A DNA stretch of 64,000 bases from Planctomycetota bacterium (GTDB lineage Bacteria > Planctomycetota > PLA2 > JAEUHO01), in contig CBDCTJ010000003.1 of assembly GCA_965222115.1 (NCBI GenBank), positions 416,001 through 480,000 on the forward strand. Reading direction: 5' to 3'. Made by a program: the position numbers and the translations under genes. Positions 18,804 to 28,662 of the stretch are shown in pieces. Under the pieces are notes generated by a model. The model had not been told where the DNA came from and did no database searches. It saw only the letters and a program-made list of their open reading frames with translations. How positions within the stretch are numbered: the stretch's first letter is position 1; each line of letters begins with the position of its first letter.

Positions 18804-20528
18804 GTGCACAACCCGCTGCTTCAGGTCCTGCGCGAGAAGAAACTTCTCAGCGACGAAGATATTGAGAAGGCCCTCGAGCAAGAGCGCGAAACCGGTGCAC
18901 CACTAGACCGCGTCCTTCTCAGCAAAGGCATGGTGAGCGAACACGATCTGCTCAAGGCCATGTCCGAGTCGCTGGCGATGACCTACGAGGAGCGACTTGA
19001 GGACGCATCAGTCCCCGACGCATTCCTCAATCGCGTGCCCGTCCAGTTCGCACGCAACTACTACCTCATCGGCCTCGAACAACAAAACGGATCGAGTCGT
19101 AATGGAACCATGCGGGTAGCCACCGCGAATCCGCTCGACGCCTACCCCATGGACGACCTCGCGGCGATGCTCAACATGGAGCTCGACCCCGTTCTTGCGC
19201 CGCGTACTGAAATTACGAGTCTTATCAACAAGGCCTACCGCAATCGACAAGACATCGTCGAGGAGTCGGTGGGTGATTTTGACGACGCCGATCTTGAGAG
19301 CGTTGCCGAGGGCCTTGACGATTCCGAAGACATTCTTGATGTGGCCAACAAGGCCCCCATCATCAAGCTTGTCAATATGCTCTTCTTCCAAGCGCTCAAG
19401 ATGCGCGCTTCGGATATTCATCTGCAGCCCTACGAAGATCGCTTGCAAGTGCGTTATCGCGTGGACGGCATTCTTTACGACATGGAGTCGGTCCCGAAGA
19501 AACTCCAAGACGCGGTTACGAGCCGTCTCAAGATCATGAGCAAGCTCGATATTGCCGAGCGCCGCTTGCCACAGGACGGTCGTGCTTCTCTGCGACTGGG
19601 CGACGCGGAAGTCGATGTGCGTGTGTCCAGCGTGCCCACCAATCAGGGCGAACGCTTGGTGATGCGTCTGCTCGATAAGACGGCGCGCCTTTACGAGTTG
19701 GAAGAGATCGGCCTCATTGAAGGCAACTTGGAGATGGTCGAACAGTACGTTCACTACAATCACGGCATTGTGTTCGTCTCGGGGCCTACCGGTTCGGGTA
19801 AGACCACCACGCTCTATTCGTGCCTCACGCGTATCAATTCAACCAAACTCAATGTGATGACGATCGAGGATCCGATTGAGTATCACTTGGGTGGTATTAG
19901 CCAGATTCAGGTGAACGAGAAAAAGGGCCTTACCTTCGCCTCCGGCCTGCGTTCACTTCTGCGACAAGACCCCGACATTATGATGGTGGGTGAGGTGCGT
20001 GACGTGGAGACGGCGCGCATCGCCATTCAAGCCGCGCAAACCGGCCACTTGGTGTTTAGCACCATTCACACCAACGACGCCCCCACAGTCACCACGCGTT
20101 TGCTGGATATTGGCATCGAGCCCTACCTCGTCGCCTCGTCGGTCGTAGTCGCCATCGCCCAGCGCCTCGTGCGCCAGGTGTGTAAGGATTGCCTTGAGCA
20201 GTACGACCCCAATGAAGAAGACCTCTTCCAGCTGAAGCAACTCGGCATCGATCCCGATGAGCTAGGCGACGGGAAACTCGTGCGCGGCAAGGGCTGCGGC
20301 AACTGCTTTGGCAGCGGATATCACGGCCGACTTGGTATCTACGAGATCATGCCTATCGACGACGAGGTGCGGCATCAGATCGTGGAACGCGCGAGCGCCA
20401 GTGCCATCAAACGTGGCCTGATTGATCGCGGATTCCGGACGTTGCGCATGGACGGCTCACTGAAGGTCAAGCGCGCCATGACCACGCCGGAAGAGGTCTT
20501 GCGCGTGACGCAACTTGATGTGATGTAG
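18804..20528 (+). CDS. gspE: Type II secretion ATPase GspE
   Basis: ASDIHLQP, LDIAERRLPQDG, GPTGSGKTTT Walker A, TIEDPIEY, LRQDPDIMMVGEVRD and tetracysteine motif; start GTG 18804 chosen (ORF open from 18726). Confidence 0.96.
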   Translation: MHNPLLQVLREKKLLSDEDIEKALEQERETGAPLDRVLLSKGMVSEHDLLKAMSESLAMTYEERLEDASVPDAFLNRVPVQFARNYYLIGLEQQNGSSRNGTMRVATANPLDAYPMDDLAAMLNMELDPVLAPRTEITSLINKAYRNRQDIVEESVGDFDDADLESVAEGLDDSEDILDVANKAPIIKLVNMLFFQALKMRASDIHLQPYEDRLQVRYRVDGILYDMESVPKKLQDAVTSRLKIMSKLDIAERRLPQDGRASLRLGDAEVDVRVSSVPTNQGERLVMRLLDKTARLYELEEIGLIEGNLEMVEQYVHYNHGIVFVSGPTGSGKTTTLYSCLTRINSTKLNVMTIEDPIEYHLGGISQIQVNEKKGLTFASGLRSLLRQDPDIMMVGEVRDVETARIAIQAAQTGHLVFSTIHTNDAPTVTTRLLDIGIEPYLVASSVVVAIAQRLVRQVCKDCLEQYDPNEEDLFQLKQLGIDPDELGDGKLVRGKGCGNCFGSGYHGRLGIYEIMPIDDEVRHQIVERASASAIKRGLIDRGFRTLRMDGSLKVKRAMTTPEEVLRVTQLDVM

Positions 20529-20576
20529 CAGCACCACCCCGAGCGAATCAAACGGCCAAGGAGCACACCCTCATTC

Positions 20577-21806
20577 ATGCCCGTCTATGACTACAAAGGC
20601 CTGACCCCAGCAGGCTCCATCAAGACCGGCATTGTGGACGCCGATTCGCCTCGCGAAGCGCGCCTCAAGCTGCGCCAGCAAAACGTCATGGTCACCAAGA
20701 TCGACGAGCGTAGTGCCGCCGTCCGACGTGACAAGAAGAAAGAGAAGATTCTCGATTTCAGCCGCTCGCTGAAGGGTAAGAACGAAGTGCCCATGTACAC
20801 GCGCCAGTTGGCCACACTGTTGGCGGCGGGCATTCCGTTGGCGCAAGCACTCAGTGCCCTGATCGAGCAGTGCGGCACGCCCGACCTGGAAGCGGCGTTT
20901 CGCGACATTCGCGAAAAGATTACGCAAGGTAACTCGTTCGCCGAGTCCCTGGCGTTTCACCCGGGCTACTTCAGCGACCTCTACGTCAATATGGTGAAGG
21001 CCGGTGAAGCCGCCGGAAGCCTCGACATGGTGCTTCACCGCTTGGCCGACTACCTGCTTCGTCAAGCCTCCATCCGTAACCGCATCGGTGCGGCCTTGGC
21101 CTATCCGGTGGTGATGATTTTCATCGGCATCATTATCGTCATCATCTTGATGGTCTTTATCGTTCCAAAGGTACTGAAGGTCGTTGAGCGCAGCGGACAA
21201 TCGGTGCCACTTCCCACACGTGTTCTAAAGTGGTCGGCCGACTTTCTCGGCAAGTACTGGCTGTTTATGTTGGGCGGCGTCGTGGCGCTCATGATCTTGC
21301 ATCGCATGTTCATGCGACGCGACGAGTACGCGTACCGCGTAGACAAGTTCAAACTCAAGCTCCCCGTCGTTGGGGAGCTCTTTCGCAAGTCGGCCGTTAG
21401 CCGTTTCGCAGTAGCGATGAGCACTCTGCTCAAGAGCGGTGTGCCGGTCATCGATGCGCTGCGTATCGTGAAGGACATCGTGGACAACCGCGTCATAGCG
21501 CGCGTCATCGACACGGTGCAAAAGCGCATCGTGGAAGGCACCGACATCGCCACACCGCTCAAGAAATCGGGGGTGTTCCCGCCGGTCGTGGGTTACATGG
21601 TGTCCGTGGGCGAGCAGACGGGTGAGCTTGAGGGCATGCTGGATCAGGTCGCGGCGGCCTACGATGAAGAGGTGTCCGTACAGACGCAGAAAGTGACGAG
21701 CCTGATGGAACCACTCATCATCGTGCTCATGGCACTCGTGGTGGGGTTCATTGTGATTAGCGTCATGCTCCCCATTCTCCAAATGTCGCAGATCCGCGGC
21801 CAGTAG
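20577..21806 (+). CDS. gspF: Type II secretion inner-membrane platform protein GspF
   Basis: TRQLATLLAAGIPL, MVKAGEAAGSLD, ALAYP, GEQTGELE and LMEPLII motifs. Confidence 0.96.
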   Translation: MPVYDYKGLTPAGSIKTGIVDADSPREARLKLRQQNVMVTKIDERSAAVRRDKKKEKILDFSRSLKGKNEVPMYTRQLATLLAAGIPLAQALSALIEQCGTPDLEAAFRDIREKITQGNSFAESLAFHPGYFSDLYVNMVKAGEAAGSLDMVLHRLADYLLRQASIRNRIGAALAYPVVMIFIGIIIVIILMVFIVPKVLKVVERSGQSVPLPTRVLKWSADFLGKYWLFMLGGVVALMILHRMFMRRDEYAYRVDKFKLKLPVVGELFRKSAVSRFAVAMSTLLKSGVPVIDALRIVKDIVDNRVIARVIDTVQKRIVEGTDIATPLKKSGVFPPVVGYMVSVGEQTGELEGMLDQVAAAYDEEVSVQTQKVTSLMEPLIIVLMALVVGFIVISVMLPILQMSQIRGQ

Positions 21807-21995
21807 CGCCCTCCCTGGGATCAGGGAGCGACCGGAACCGGGTTGCCCACCAGCGAGAGACGACGGCTGGGTGGCATGTTATTTTTTGGCTTGAGTTAAA
21901 TTGGCAAGGTCCGAGCGGCTGCGACGTCCAATCGAGGCACGCCGCTCCGTCGGACTCGACGTAGCTGGTGCAACGCAGTTGGAGCAAGAAACACC

Positions 21996-22463
21996 ATGAG
22001 GGTCGAATCAGTGAGCGCAAGTGAGATGACGGTACGAAGCGAGGTTACGGCGCGAGACTGGCAAACGGGACGGTTCCAACGGAAGCGTGCTCGCGGCTTT
22101 ACGCTCGTGGAACTCATGGTGGTCATCGTCATCCTTGGAAGCTTGGTGGCCATCGTCGGTCCCAACATCTGGAAGGCGCTCTTTCAGTCAAATGTGGGTT
22201 TGACAAAGACGCAGATGCACTCCTTTCGTAGCGCCATATCTCAGTTCAAGCTGAGCGAAAAAAGACTGCCGTCCTCATTGGATGAACTCGTCCAGGAGTC
22301 CGACGGCGGATACTCGTACCTGTCTGAAGATACGGTTCCCGACGATCCATGGGGCACGCCCTACGAGTATCGAGCCGATGGAAACGAGTATACGATCCGG
22401 TCCGCGGGACCCGATAAGGCGTACGACACCGACGACGACATCATCTACCCTGAATCGAAATAG
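21996..22463 (+). CDS. gspG: Major pseudopilin GspG
   Basis: RG|FTLVELMVVIVILG N-methylation motif; DPWGTPYEY and SAGPD...TDDDI C-terminal signature. Confidence 0.92.
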   Translation: MRVESVSASEMTVRSEVTARDWQTGRFQRKRARGFTLVELMVVIVILGSLVAIVGPNIWKALFQSNVGLTKTQMHSFRSAISQFKLSEKRLPSSLDELVQESDGGYSYLSEDTVPDDPWGTPYEYRADGNEYTIRSAGPDKAYDTDDDIIYPESK

Positions 22464-22495
22464 TAGAGACGCCCGTCAACCCACGAAGCCCCATC

Positions 22496-23179
22496 ATGCA
22501 TACACCCCATGGACTGTGCCGCGAACCGATCAAGCGCGGCTCAGGCATGGCCGGCTTTACCATGATCGAACTCATGGCGGTCATGCTCATTATGGGCGGC
22601 ACGTTGATGATCGCACTCGCCAACTACCGAGGCTCGGGCATCAAGATGCAGTTGGAGTCGGCCGCCAACACAATGGTTGCCGTGCTCACAACCGTGCGTG
22701 AAACGGCGATCATTGATGGGTATCCGGCCGCCATGGAATTGGGCATGTATCGCGAAGAGGGCGACAGCGACGAGCGTCAAGGCTATCGCATGCGCGCGAG
22801 CAACATTCGACAAGAACTCAAACAAGACGAAGACGCCGATGACGAGTCCAGCGAGGCATTCGACCGCACCGGTGAGCGAGAAGTGATTTATACCGATTGG
22901 GCGCCACTACCCGATGATGTAGTCATTGCCGGCATAAGCCGTGCAAAGGACAAGTGGGTCAAAGTGTCAGGAGGTGAACCGGTGAGCATTGTCTTCGGGC
23001 CGGATGGGAACGTCGATTCGGCGCTTGCCATTCGCCTGGAACACAAAGAATTGCGACAGGCGTCTAAGGACAAGCGATTCGTAACCGTCTTCGTAAATGG
23101 CCTCACGTCGGCGGCCAGTTGGCAACAGGGCGAGAAAGACCTCACGGCCTCGCGACCCTCGGCAGATTTTGGAAACTGA
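22496..23179 (+). CDS. Minor pseudopilin (GspH-like)
   Basis: G|FTMIELMAVMLI prepilin motif; IVFGPDG typical of H/FimT-like pilins; position after gspG. Confidence 0.75.
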   Translation: MHTPHGLCREPIKRGSGMAGFTMIELMAVMLIMGGTLMIALANYRGSGIKMQLESAANTMVAVLTTVRETAIIDGYPAAMELGMYREEGDSDERQGYRMRASNIRQELKQDEDADDESSEAFDRTGEREVIYTDWAPLPDDVVIAGISRAKDKWVKVSGGEPVSIVFGPDGNVDSALAIRLEHKELRQASKDKRFVTVFVNGLTSAASWQQGEKDLTASRPSADFGN

Positions 23180-23180
23180 C

Positions 23181-23774
23181 ATGGCCATTGCCGCTGCCTC
23201 CCCTGGTTCCACGCGGCCGCGCCGCACCGAAGGGTTCACGTTGCTTGAAGTCATGGTTGCCTTGGCAATCTTGGGCTTTGGCATTGCGTGGATGGTCGAG
23301 ATTTGGACCAACAGCATGGACAAGGCGGGCCGCGCGATCGATGACCGCGAACTTCGTGAATATGCCGGGGCCTTCTTCACCAAGTTCATTTACGAGCACA
23401 ACGATGGGTCACCAACGGATGGCACGCTGCGCGAGTATGGCGAGTGGGCCAAACTTTCCGCGGCAGAGTCCGATCGACTGAGTCGCTATCGCTACACATT
23501 TTCGCGATTGTCCAAGGCACCGATTGGTGCAGGCGGCGACGACAGCGACCCCCTGTTCGCTTTGGGCGAGGAAGAGGATGACGGCGGTGGGTTGGTCGAC
23601 TCCGATTCAACGCGAGAAGTGGGCGAGGGGGAAGGCGATGCCGCCACAAGCGGACCCGTCGTTTGGGAACTCTTGCTCAAGGTCTACGACACGAAGAACG
23701 CCAGCGACGATCGTGACGACAAACCCATTTACGTGCTAAAGACCTACGTGCCACCGTCGGTACCGGGGGAATAG
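23181..23774 (+). CDS. Minor pseudopilin (GspI-like)
   Basis: RRTEG|FTLLEVMVALAIL prepilin motif; ATG 1 nt after the upstream stop. Confidence 0.75.
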   Translation: MAIAAASPGSTRPRRTEGFTLLEVMVALAILGFGIAWMVEIWTNSMDKAGRAIDDRELREYAGAFFTKFIYEHNDGSPTDGTLREYGEWAKLSAAESDRLSRYRYTFSRLSKAPIGAGGDDSDPLFALGEEEDDGGGLVDSDSTREVGEGEGDAATSGPVVWELLLKVYDTKNASDDRDDKPIYVLKTYVPPSVPGE

Positions 23775-23775
23775 C

Positions 23776-24564
23776 GTGGCTGCTTCCCAACCATGTACGT
23801 CAACACGCCGCGGGTTCACATTGATTGAACTCATGCTGGCGGTCACGGTGCTAGCGGGTCTCGCCACCATGATGGCGCAGGTAATTGCCCAGACCATGAC
23901 GGGCAACGAACGCGCCCACGAACAACTTCGTCGCCCCAAGATCGCAAACGCCATCTTCAGCCAGATCTTTCGCGACTTTCGCTATATCTATTGGGGTGGC
24001 ATCACGGGCAACGCGGGCTTCCGCGGCAAAGCAAACACCATGAGCGGCAACGACGCCGATACGGTCCAGTTCATCACGGCGCGACTGACGCGCACCACCG
24101 CCCTCGAAGAAGGCGAGCAGCGAAAGGGTGAAGAGCCCGCCAGCCCCCTGACGGAGGTGGGCTACGCCCTGCGCAATAACGACGACGAACCGCAATATCT
24201 TGAGCTCTGGCGACGTGAAGATGCCTTCGTAGACGCCAAACCCACCAGCGGCGGCACCTACACGCTTGTGTACGATCGCATCACCACTTTCCGATTGCGT
24301 TATTTCCCTTCGCCCAGCGAACTTCCCCCCGGCAAAGCCGAAGGTTTCGAAACCTGGGACTCAGGCATTCGCGGCGCCATTCCCTATGCGATTTTGATCG
24401 AGATTCGTTTCGACGTCGCCCCTGACGAAGACGCCGATGCCGGCCGCAAGAAACGCAAAGAAACCGACAAAGGTCACGTATGGCAAATCATTCGCCTTCG
24501 TGGCGGTGAAGGCGTTCCCTACGAATCAACCACGCCCAACACAAATGGCAACAACGGAAGGTAA
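23776..24564 (+). CDS. Minor pseudopilin GspJ-like
   Basis: RRG|FTLIELMLAV; EVGYAL, LWRRE, FRLRYF, WDS and IPYAILIEI features of GspJ. Confidence 0.82.
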   Translation: MAASQPCTSTRRGFTLIELMLAVTVLAGLATMMAQVIAQTMTGNERAHEQLRRPKIANAIFSQIFRDFRYIYWGGITGNAGFRGKANTMSGNDADTVQFITARLTRTTALEEGEQRKGEEPASPLTEVGYALRNNDDEPQYLELWRREDAFVDAKPTSGGTYTLVYDRITTFRLRYFPSPSELPPGKAEGFETWDSGIRGAIPYAILIEIRFDVAPDEDADAGRKKRKETDKGHVWQIIRLRGGEGVPYESTTPNTNGNNGR

Positions 24565-24685
24565 CTCACGCACCTCCCAATCCGTCTCTGTGCCAATTTG
24601 CTCCCGGCACAAATCGGTGACTTCGTCCACCCTTCGCTGGTGCTTACTCAGGGTCTCGCGCAAATGGCCAAGCCATTTGCTCTTG

Positions 24686-24719
24686 ACGTCCACGTCCACG
24701 TCCACGTCCACGTCCACGT
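24686..24719. repeat. Hexanucleotide microsatellite (ACGTCC)5+
   Basis: Read directly in the gspJ-serS intergenic region. Confidence 0.93.
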
Positions 24720-24803
24720 TAAGGCGGCGCGATTCGTTCATCGGATGCCCACCCTTGAGTACGGGTATCGGGGTACGGGTGACGGGTGACGGGTAAGAAT
24801 TTC

Positions 24804-24882
24804 CTCCCGGCACAAATCGTGAAATTGCGCATTTGCTCCCGGTACTAATTGTGAATTTACGCATTCGCTCCCGGCACAAATT
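24804..24882. repeat. 32-bp-period imperfect tandem repeat with core CTCCCGG(C/T)AC(A/T)AAT (copies at 24804, 24836, 24868; dispersed copies at 24601 and 27036)
   Basis: Core motif read at five positions; three are spaced exactly 32 bp apart. Confidence 0.85.
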
Positions 24883-24930
24883 CGCTCGCAGAAGTGATCT
24901 GGGGGCGGCGATGGCGAGGGGAGCTGCGCG

Positions 24931-26223
24931 CTAGCTGTCTCTAGGCCGCAGCTCCGTCTTGCCGCCCATGTACGTCTGCAACGCCTTGGGAATACGCACG
25001 CTTCCATCTGCTTGTTGATGCACCTCGAGTAGAGGAATCAACACACGCGGCGTAGCGATCACGGTGTTGTTGAGCGTGTGGCAATGACGCACCTTGCCGT
25101 CCTTGTCGCGGTAACGGAGATTCAGACGGCGGGCTTGGTAGTCGTGAAAACGACTCGCGCTGTGGGTCTCGCCCCAACCTTCACGGCTGGGCATCCAGAC
25201 TTCGACGTCGTACTTGAGTTTGACGGCGCGGCCCATGTCGCCGGTGGCGTTGGCAACCACGCGATAGGGCAGCTCCAACAGATTGAGCATGTCCTCTGCG
25301 TTCTTGAGAATCGACAAGTGATGCGCCTTGCTGGCTTCTTCGTCGGCAACGTCAATGACAACCTGCTCGACTTTGTTGAATTGGTGCACGCGATACACGC
25401 CGCGCGTGTCTTTGCCATAGGTGCCCGCCTCGCGTCGGAAGCACGGGCTAATGCCCGCGTAACGCAGTGGCAGCATGTCGAGATCCAAGATCTCGCCGCC
25501 GTGCAGCGCTGTGACGCTCACTTCGCTGGTTCCGACCAACCAACTGTCTTCGTCCTCGGCGGTAGGATTGGCGATTCGATACGTCTGTTCCTCGGCTCCA
25601 GGGAAATAGGCCGTGCCGCGGAGCGCCCACTCTTTGACCACCACCGGCACCGAGAGCATTTCGTAGCCGCGCTCCGAAATGAGGTCCATGGCCATACGCA
25701 AGACCGCCTGCTCCAAAAACACAGCCTCGCCGCGAAGCACATAGTTGCGACTGCCCGCCAGCTTGCCGGCACGATCGATATCCACCATGTTCATGCTTCG
25801 CATAAGTTCGAGGTGGTCTTTGACCTCAAAGTCATACGTGGGTGGCTCGGCCGAGCGGCGGAGCTCCACATTGGCGCTGTCATCGTCCCCCACGGGCGCC
25901 TCATCATCGGGCGGATTAGGGCAGGCCAAGAGCAGGGTGTCGATCTCTTCCTGAACGGGTTTGAGGGCGTCGGTGTGCTCGCCCACGGCGGCCTTGAGTT
26001 GCTTGAGGCGTGTGAGCGCCAGACTCTTGGCATCGCCCTGAAGCGTGGCCACCTGCTTTCCCAGCGCATTCTGCTCGGCCTTGGTCTCTTCCTGGAGCTG
26101 GATCAACCGACGCCGTTCTTCATCCAGCGAGAGCAGGCGATCCACATCGAAATCGATGCGCTTCCTTCTCGCGCCATCACGGACTTCATCGGGGTGGGCG
26201 CGTATCCAGGCGAGATCCAGCAT
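24931..26223 (-). CDS. serS: Serine--tRNA ligase
   Basis: MLDL..IR N-terminal coiled coil, GTSEV, CFRREAG..GKDTRG..RVHQF.KVEQ, YQARRLN and HTLNNT motifs. Confidence 0.97.
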   Translation of the reverse strand: MLDLAWIRAHPDEVRDGARRKRIDFDVDRLLSLDEERRRLIQLQEETKAEQNALGKQVATLQGDAKSLALTRLKQLKAAVGEHTDALKPVQEEIDTLLLACPNPPDDEAPVGDDDSANVELRRSAEPPTYDFEVKDHLELMRSMNMVDIDRAGKLAGSRNYVLRGEAVFLEQAVLRMAMDLISERGYEMLSVPVVVKEWALRGTAYFPGAEEQTYRIANPTAEDEDSWLVGTSEVSVTALHGGEILDLDMLPLRYAGISPCFRREAGTYGKDTRGVYRVHQFNKVEQVVIDVADEEASKAHHLSILKNAEDMLNLLELPYRVVANATGDMGRAVKLKYDVEVWMPSREGWGETHSASRFHDYQARRLNLRYRDKDGKVRHCHTLNNTVIATPRVLIPLLEVHQQADGSVRIPKALQTYMGGKTELRPRDS

Positions 26224-26368
26224 CGCTTCGTACTCCGATTTGAACGGCGGCCCAAAAATAGCCGCACGCCCACGAAGAGACGTATCTCAACGCAGGCGTG
26301 TTCGGATTGGACACCCCACCAATACTCGGCGGAGGCGTCTAGCTCAACTGCGCGGGTGTTTCCTAGGC

Positions 26369-26635
26369 CTAATAGCCTACGAGGCAGTCGCCGCGATAGG
26401 GGTCGTTGATGTCGTAGTTGAAGAACATGTTGTCAATGCAGCGCTCGTTCTTGCGGAAGTTGCGGGCCTGCTGACGCCACATGGCGTTCCACTTGCCCTG
26501 CGCACCACAACGGTCGTTGTCGAGGCAGTTGGCGCACGTCGCTGTTTCGATGCCCTGGGCAGCGAAGCGACAACCGCTAAACGCGACGCCGGCGAAGAAT
26601 ACGAACGCGACAAGGAGACAAGTGCGCTTCGTCAT
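26369..26635 (-). CDS. Small Cys-rich lipoprotein (hypothetical)
   Basis: MTKR n-region, hydrophobic core and FSGC lipobox; GGGAG SD upstream; CxxC plus C-terminal FFNYDINDPY. Confidence 0.7.
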   Translation of the reverse strand: MTKRTCLLVAFVFFAGVAFSGCRFAAQGIETATCANCLDNDRCGAQGKWNAMWRQQARNFRKNERCIDNMFFNYDINDPYRGDCLVGY

Positions 26636-27422
26636 GGATGAACTCCCATACTTAAACCGACGGCGATCCGTCGAGGGCAACTGTTGCCTGGAGCGGGCCG
26701 CCCTTCTTGGGCCTACACTCCAGTCTTTTCGACGGACGTCGCCAACTCGAATCGTTGAGGCAGCATGAAAAAGGGCCAGGGTCGGGTCCCTCAACCCGAC
26801 ACCCGGCGGCGTTTTCTCCGCGCGGATCGACGTTCGGCCCCAGTAGAGCCCTACGCAATCTGTCGCGGATGCCTCAAGATCCCTCCGATGGCGATCCTGT
26901 CGTGTGTTTTGGTATCAATCTTGACCCACGCGGTCAACACATTCCCACCCTGCCGCCCCCATTTGTTGCGTCCAGCGCTTACGCATGACTTTACCGTGAC
27001 ACAACACCCCCATTTGCCCCAAACTCCATCATTCGCTCCCGGCACCAATTGCGGTACCGACGGCGCTAGGGAACCAATCGCACCCGGTCACCCCAATCGG
27101 CTCTCCGCGACGCATGCGCTTCGTGTCTTTCTGCTCTTCGTGTGAGCTTCTTCTTCTGCGAGACCCGGTCCGTTACCGACATCGTCACGATTTCAGTCGA
27201 CGCTCCCCCTCCGGACGCGCTTGGTGACCTTGGTGAGAGTCCTCTTCTCTTTGAAGCGCTCCGACACCATTCGGCCTGCATTCGCACTCTACGCGTTCCA
27301 AAATGTAAATCCCACCGCGCCTCTGCACCTCGGCGTCACTGCGTGAGACTAAGGGCCTACGACAGCACACGATTCAATAGGTCAGGAGACAGATTAAGCT
27401 TCAGTGTAGGGAAGAGGCGACG

Positions 27423-28520
27423 TTACGTCGTCTGGCCTCGATAGAGCCCATGATCTCGGATATACGCAGTCACATTGGGCGGCAAACCGACCGGTTTTTC
27501 GTCGGCTGCTAGCGCGGCACGAATAGCGGTCGAAGACACATTGAGTTCGGGCGCATCCAATGCCAATACTTCATCGGTGCGATCGGCGAGAGCCGCAGGT
27601 GGAGTGAGTTCAAACCCGGGGCGCGCGGCAACAAGTAACTGCGCCATGTCGAGAATGCGTTCCCAATCTTTCCAGGTATTGAAATCCTGATACATGTCGG
27701 CGCCCACCAGCAAGCGAAAGCGCGTGCCGGCGGGAAAGCGGCGAACCAATGAGTCGATCGTATCCACCGTGTAAGAAGGCCCCGCGCGCCGGCCTTCGAG
27801 CTCCAAGACTTCGGTGCGTGGCAGGCCTTCGGTTCCCAAACGCGTCATAGCAACACGGTGATGAAACGGCGTACCCAGCGGCCCATCGTCGTCCAGTTCT
27901 TCATCCACAAACTTGTGAGGCGCTGCACCGGCGACGACGACCAACAGGCGATCGTTGTAACGCAATGCCGCTTCGCAAAGTGCACGATGGCCGTCATGAA
28001 ACGGATCAAAACTCCCGCCATACACGCACACGCGCAATCCGACGACCTCCGCGGGAGCTTCCGTGGGTCGCGAGAACCAGACTTGCATCGCCAAGTGAAA
28101 CGCGAGGGCGAAGCAGAGCCACAGGAGCGACTTGGGCACGACGTCGATGACTGCCAACATGCCCGCAGACGAAAACATCATTGCGCCAATCAGCATGGCC
28201 ACGCGCGTGGACATGGGTGCCACGGCGATGGGCACCATGAGTGCGGCGCCTGCGATGAACCATGCGGGCACGTCGGCCACGCCGCGCGTCGCGCCGGGGA
28301 TCCACGCAGCGAGGATGAGCAAAACGCCTAGACCGAACTGAATCACCCGGCGCTGTCCATGCCGAACTCGAATCGGTAGACACGCAAGCGCGCCCAACAA
28401 TCCTACAAATGCCGCGCCCGCGGCATAAAGCACGCGTCCTTGGATGCCGTGCACGACGGCGAGGGTAACTCCCACCACAGCCACAAGCAGCGGCACCCAA
28501 AGATCACGCTTCTCACTCAA
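27423..28520 (-). CDS. nadD: Nicotinate-nucleotide adenylyltransferase with N-terminal multi-TM extension
   Basis: YGGSFDPFHDGH, PHK, PSYTVDT, LVGAD, WKDWE and VSSTAIR motifs; first ~150 aa are several hydrophobic helices. Confidence 0.9.
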   Translation of the reverse strand: MSEKRDLWVPLLVAVVGVTLAVVHGIQGRVLYAAGAAFVGLLGALACLPIRVRHGQRRVIQFGLGVLLILAAWIPGATRGVADVPAWFIAGAALMVPIAVAPMSTRVAMLIGAMMFSSAGMLAVIDVVPKSLLWLCFALAFHLAMQVWFSRPTEAPAEVVGLRVCVYGGSFDPFHDGHRALCEAALRYNDRLLVVVAGAAPHKFVDEELDDDGPLGTPFHHRVAMTRLGTEGLPRTEVLELEGRRAGPSYTVDTIDSLVRRFPAGTRFRLLVGADMYQDFNTWKDWERILDMAQLLVAARPGFELTPPAALADRTDEVLALDAPELNVSSTAIRAALAADEKPVGLPPNVTAYIRDHGLYRGQTT

Positions 28521-28662
28521 TTGGACCTGCCTCGTATCCAGTGGGCCGCAGTTCGCCTCCCGAACGAGCGGCTATGGGTCGTGACCCTAACACAGTGCCC
28601 GTTGCGGGTGCGGCCCTGCGCCACGGTGCTTCTGTGCCTGAGTGCGGCGGTAGCCTTCGTGC

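Noticed and set aside
25078-26409. 443-aa plus-strand ORF
   Set aside because: Antisense to the well-supported serS; no recognisable motifs
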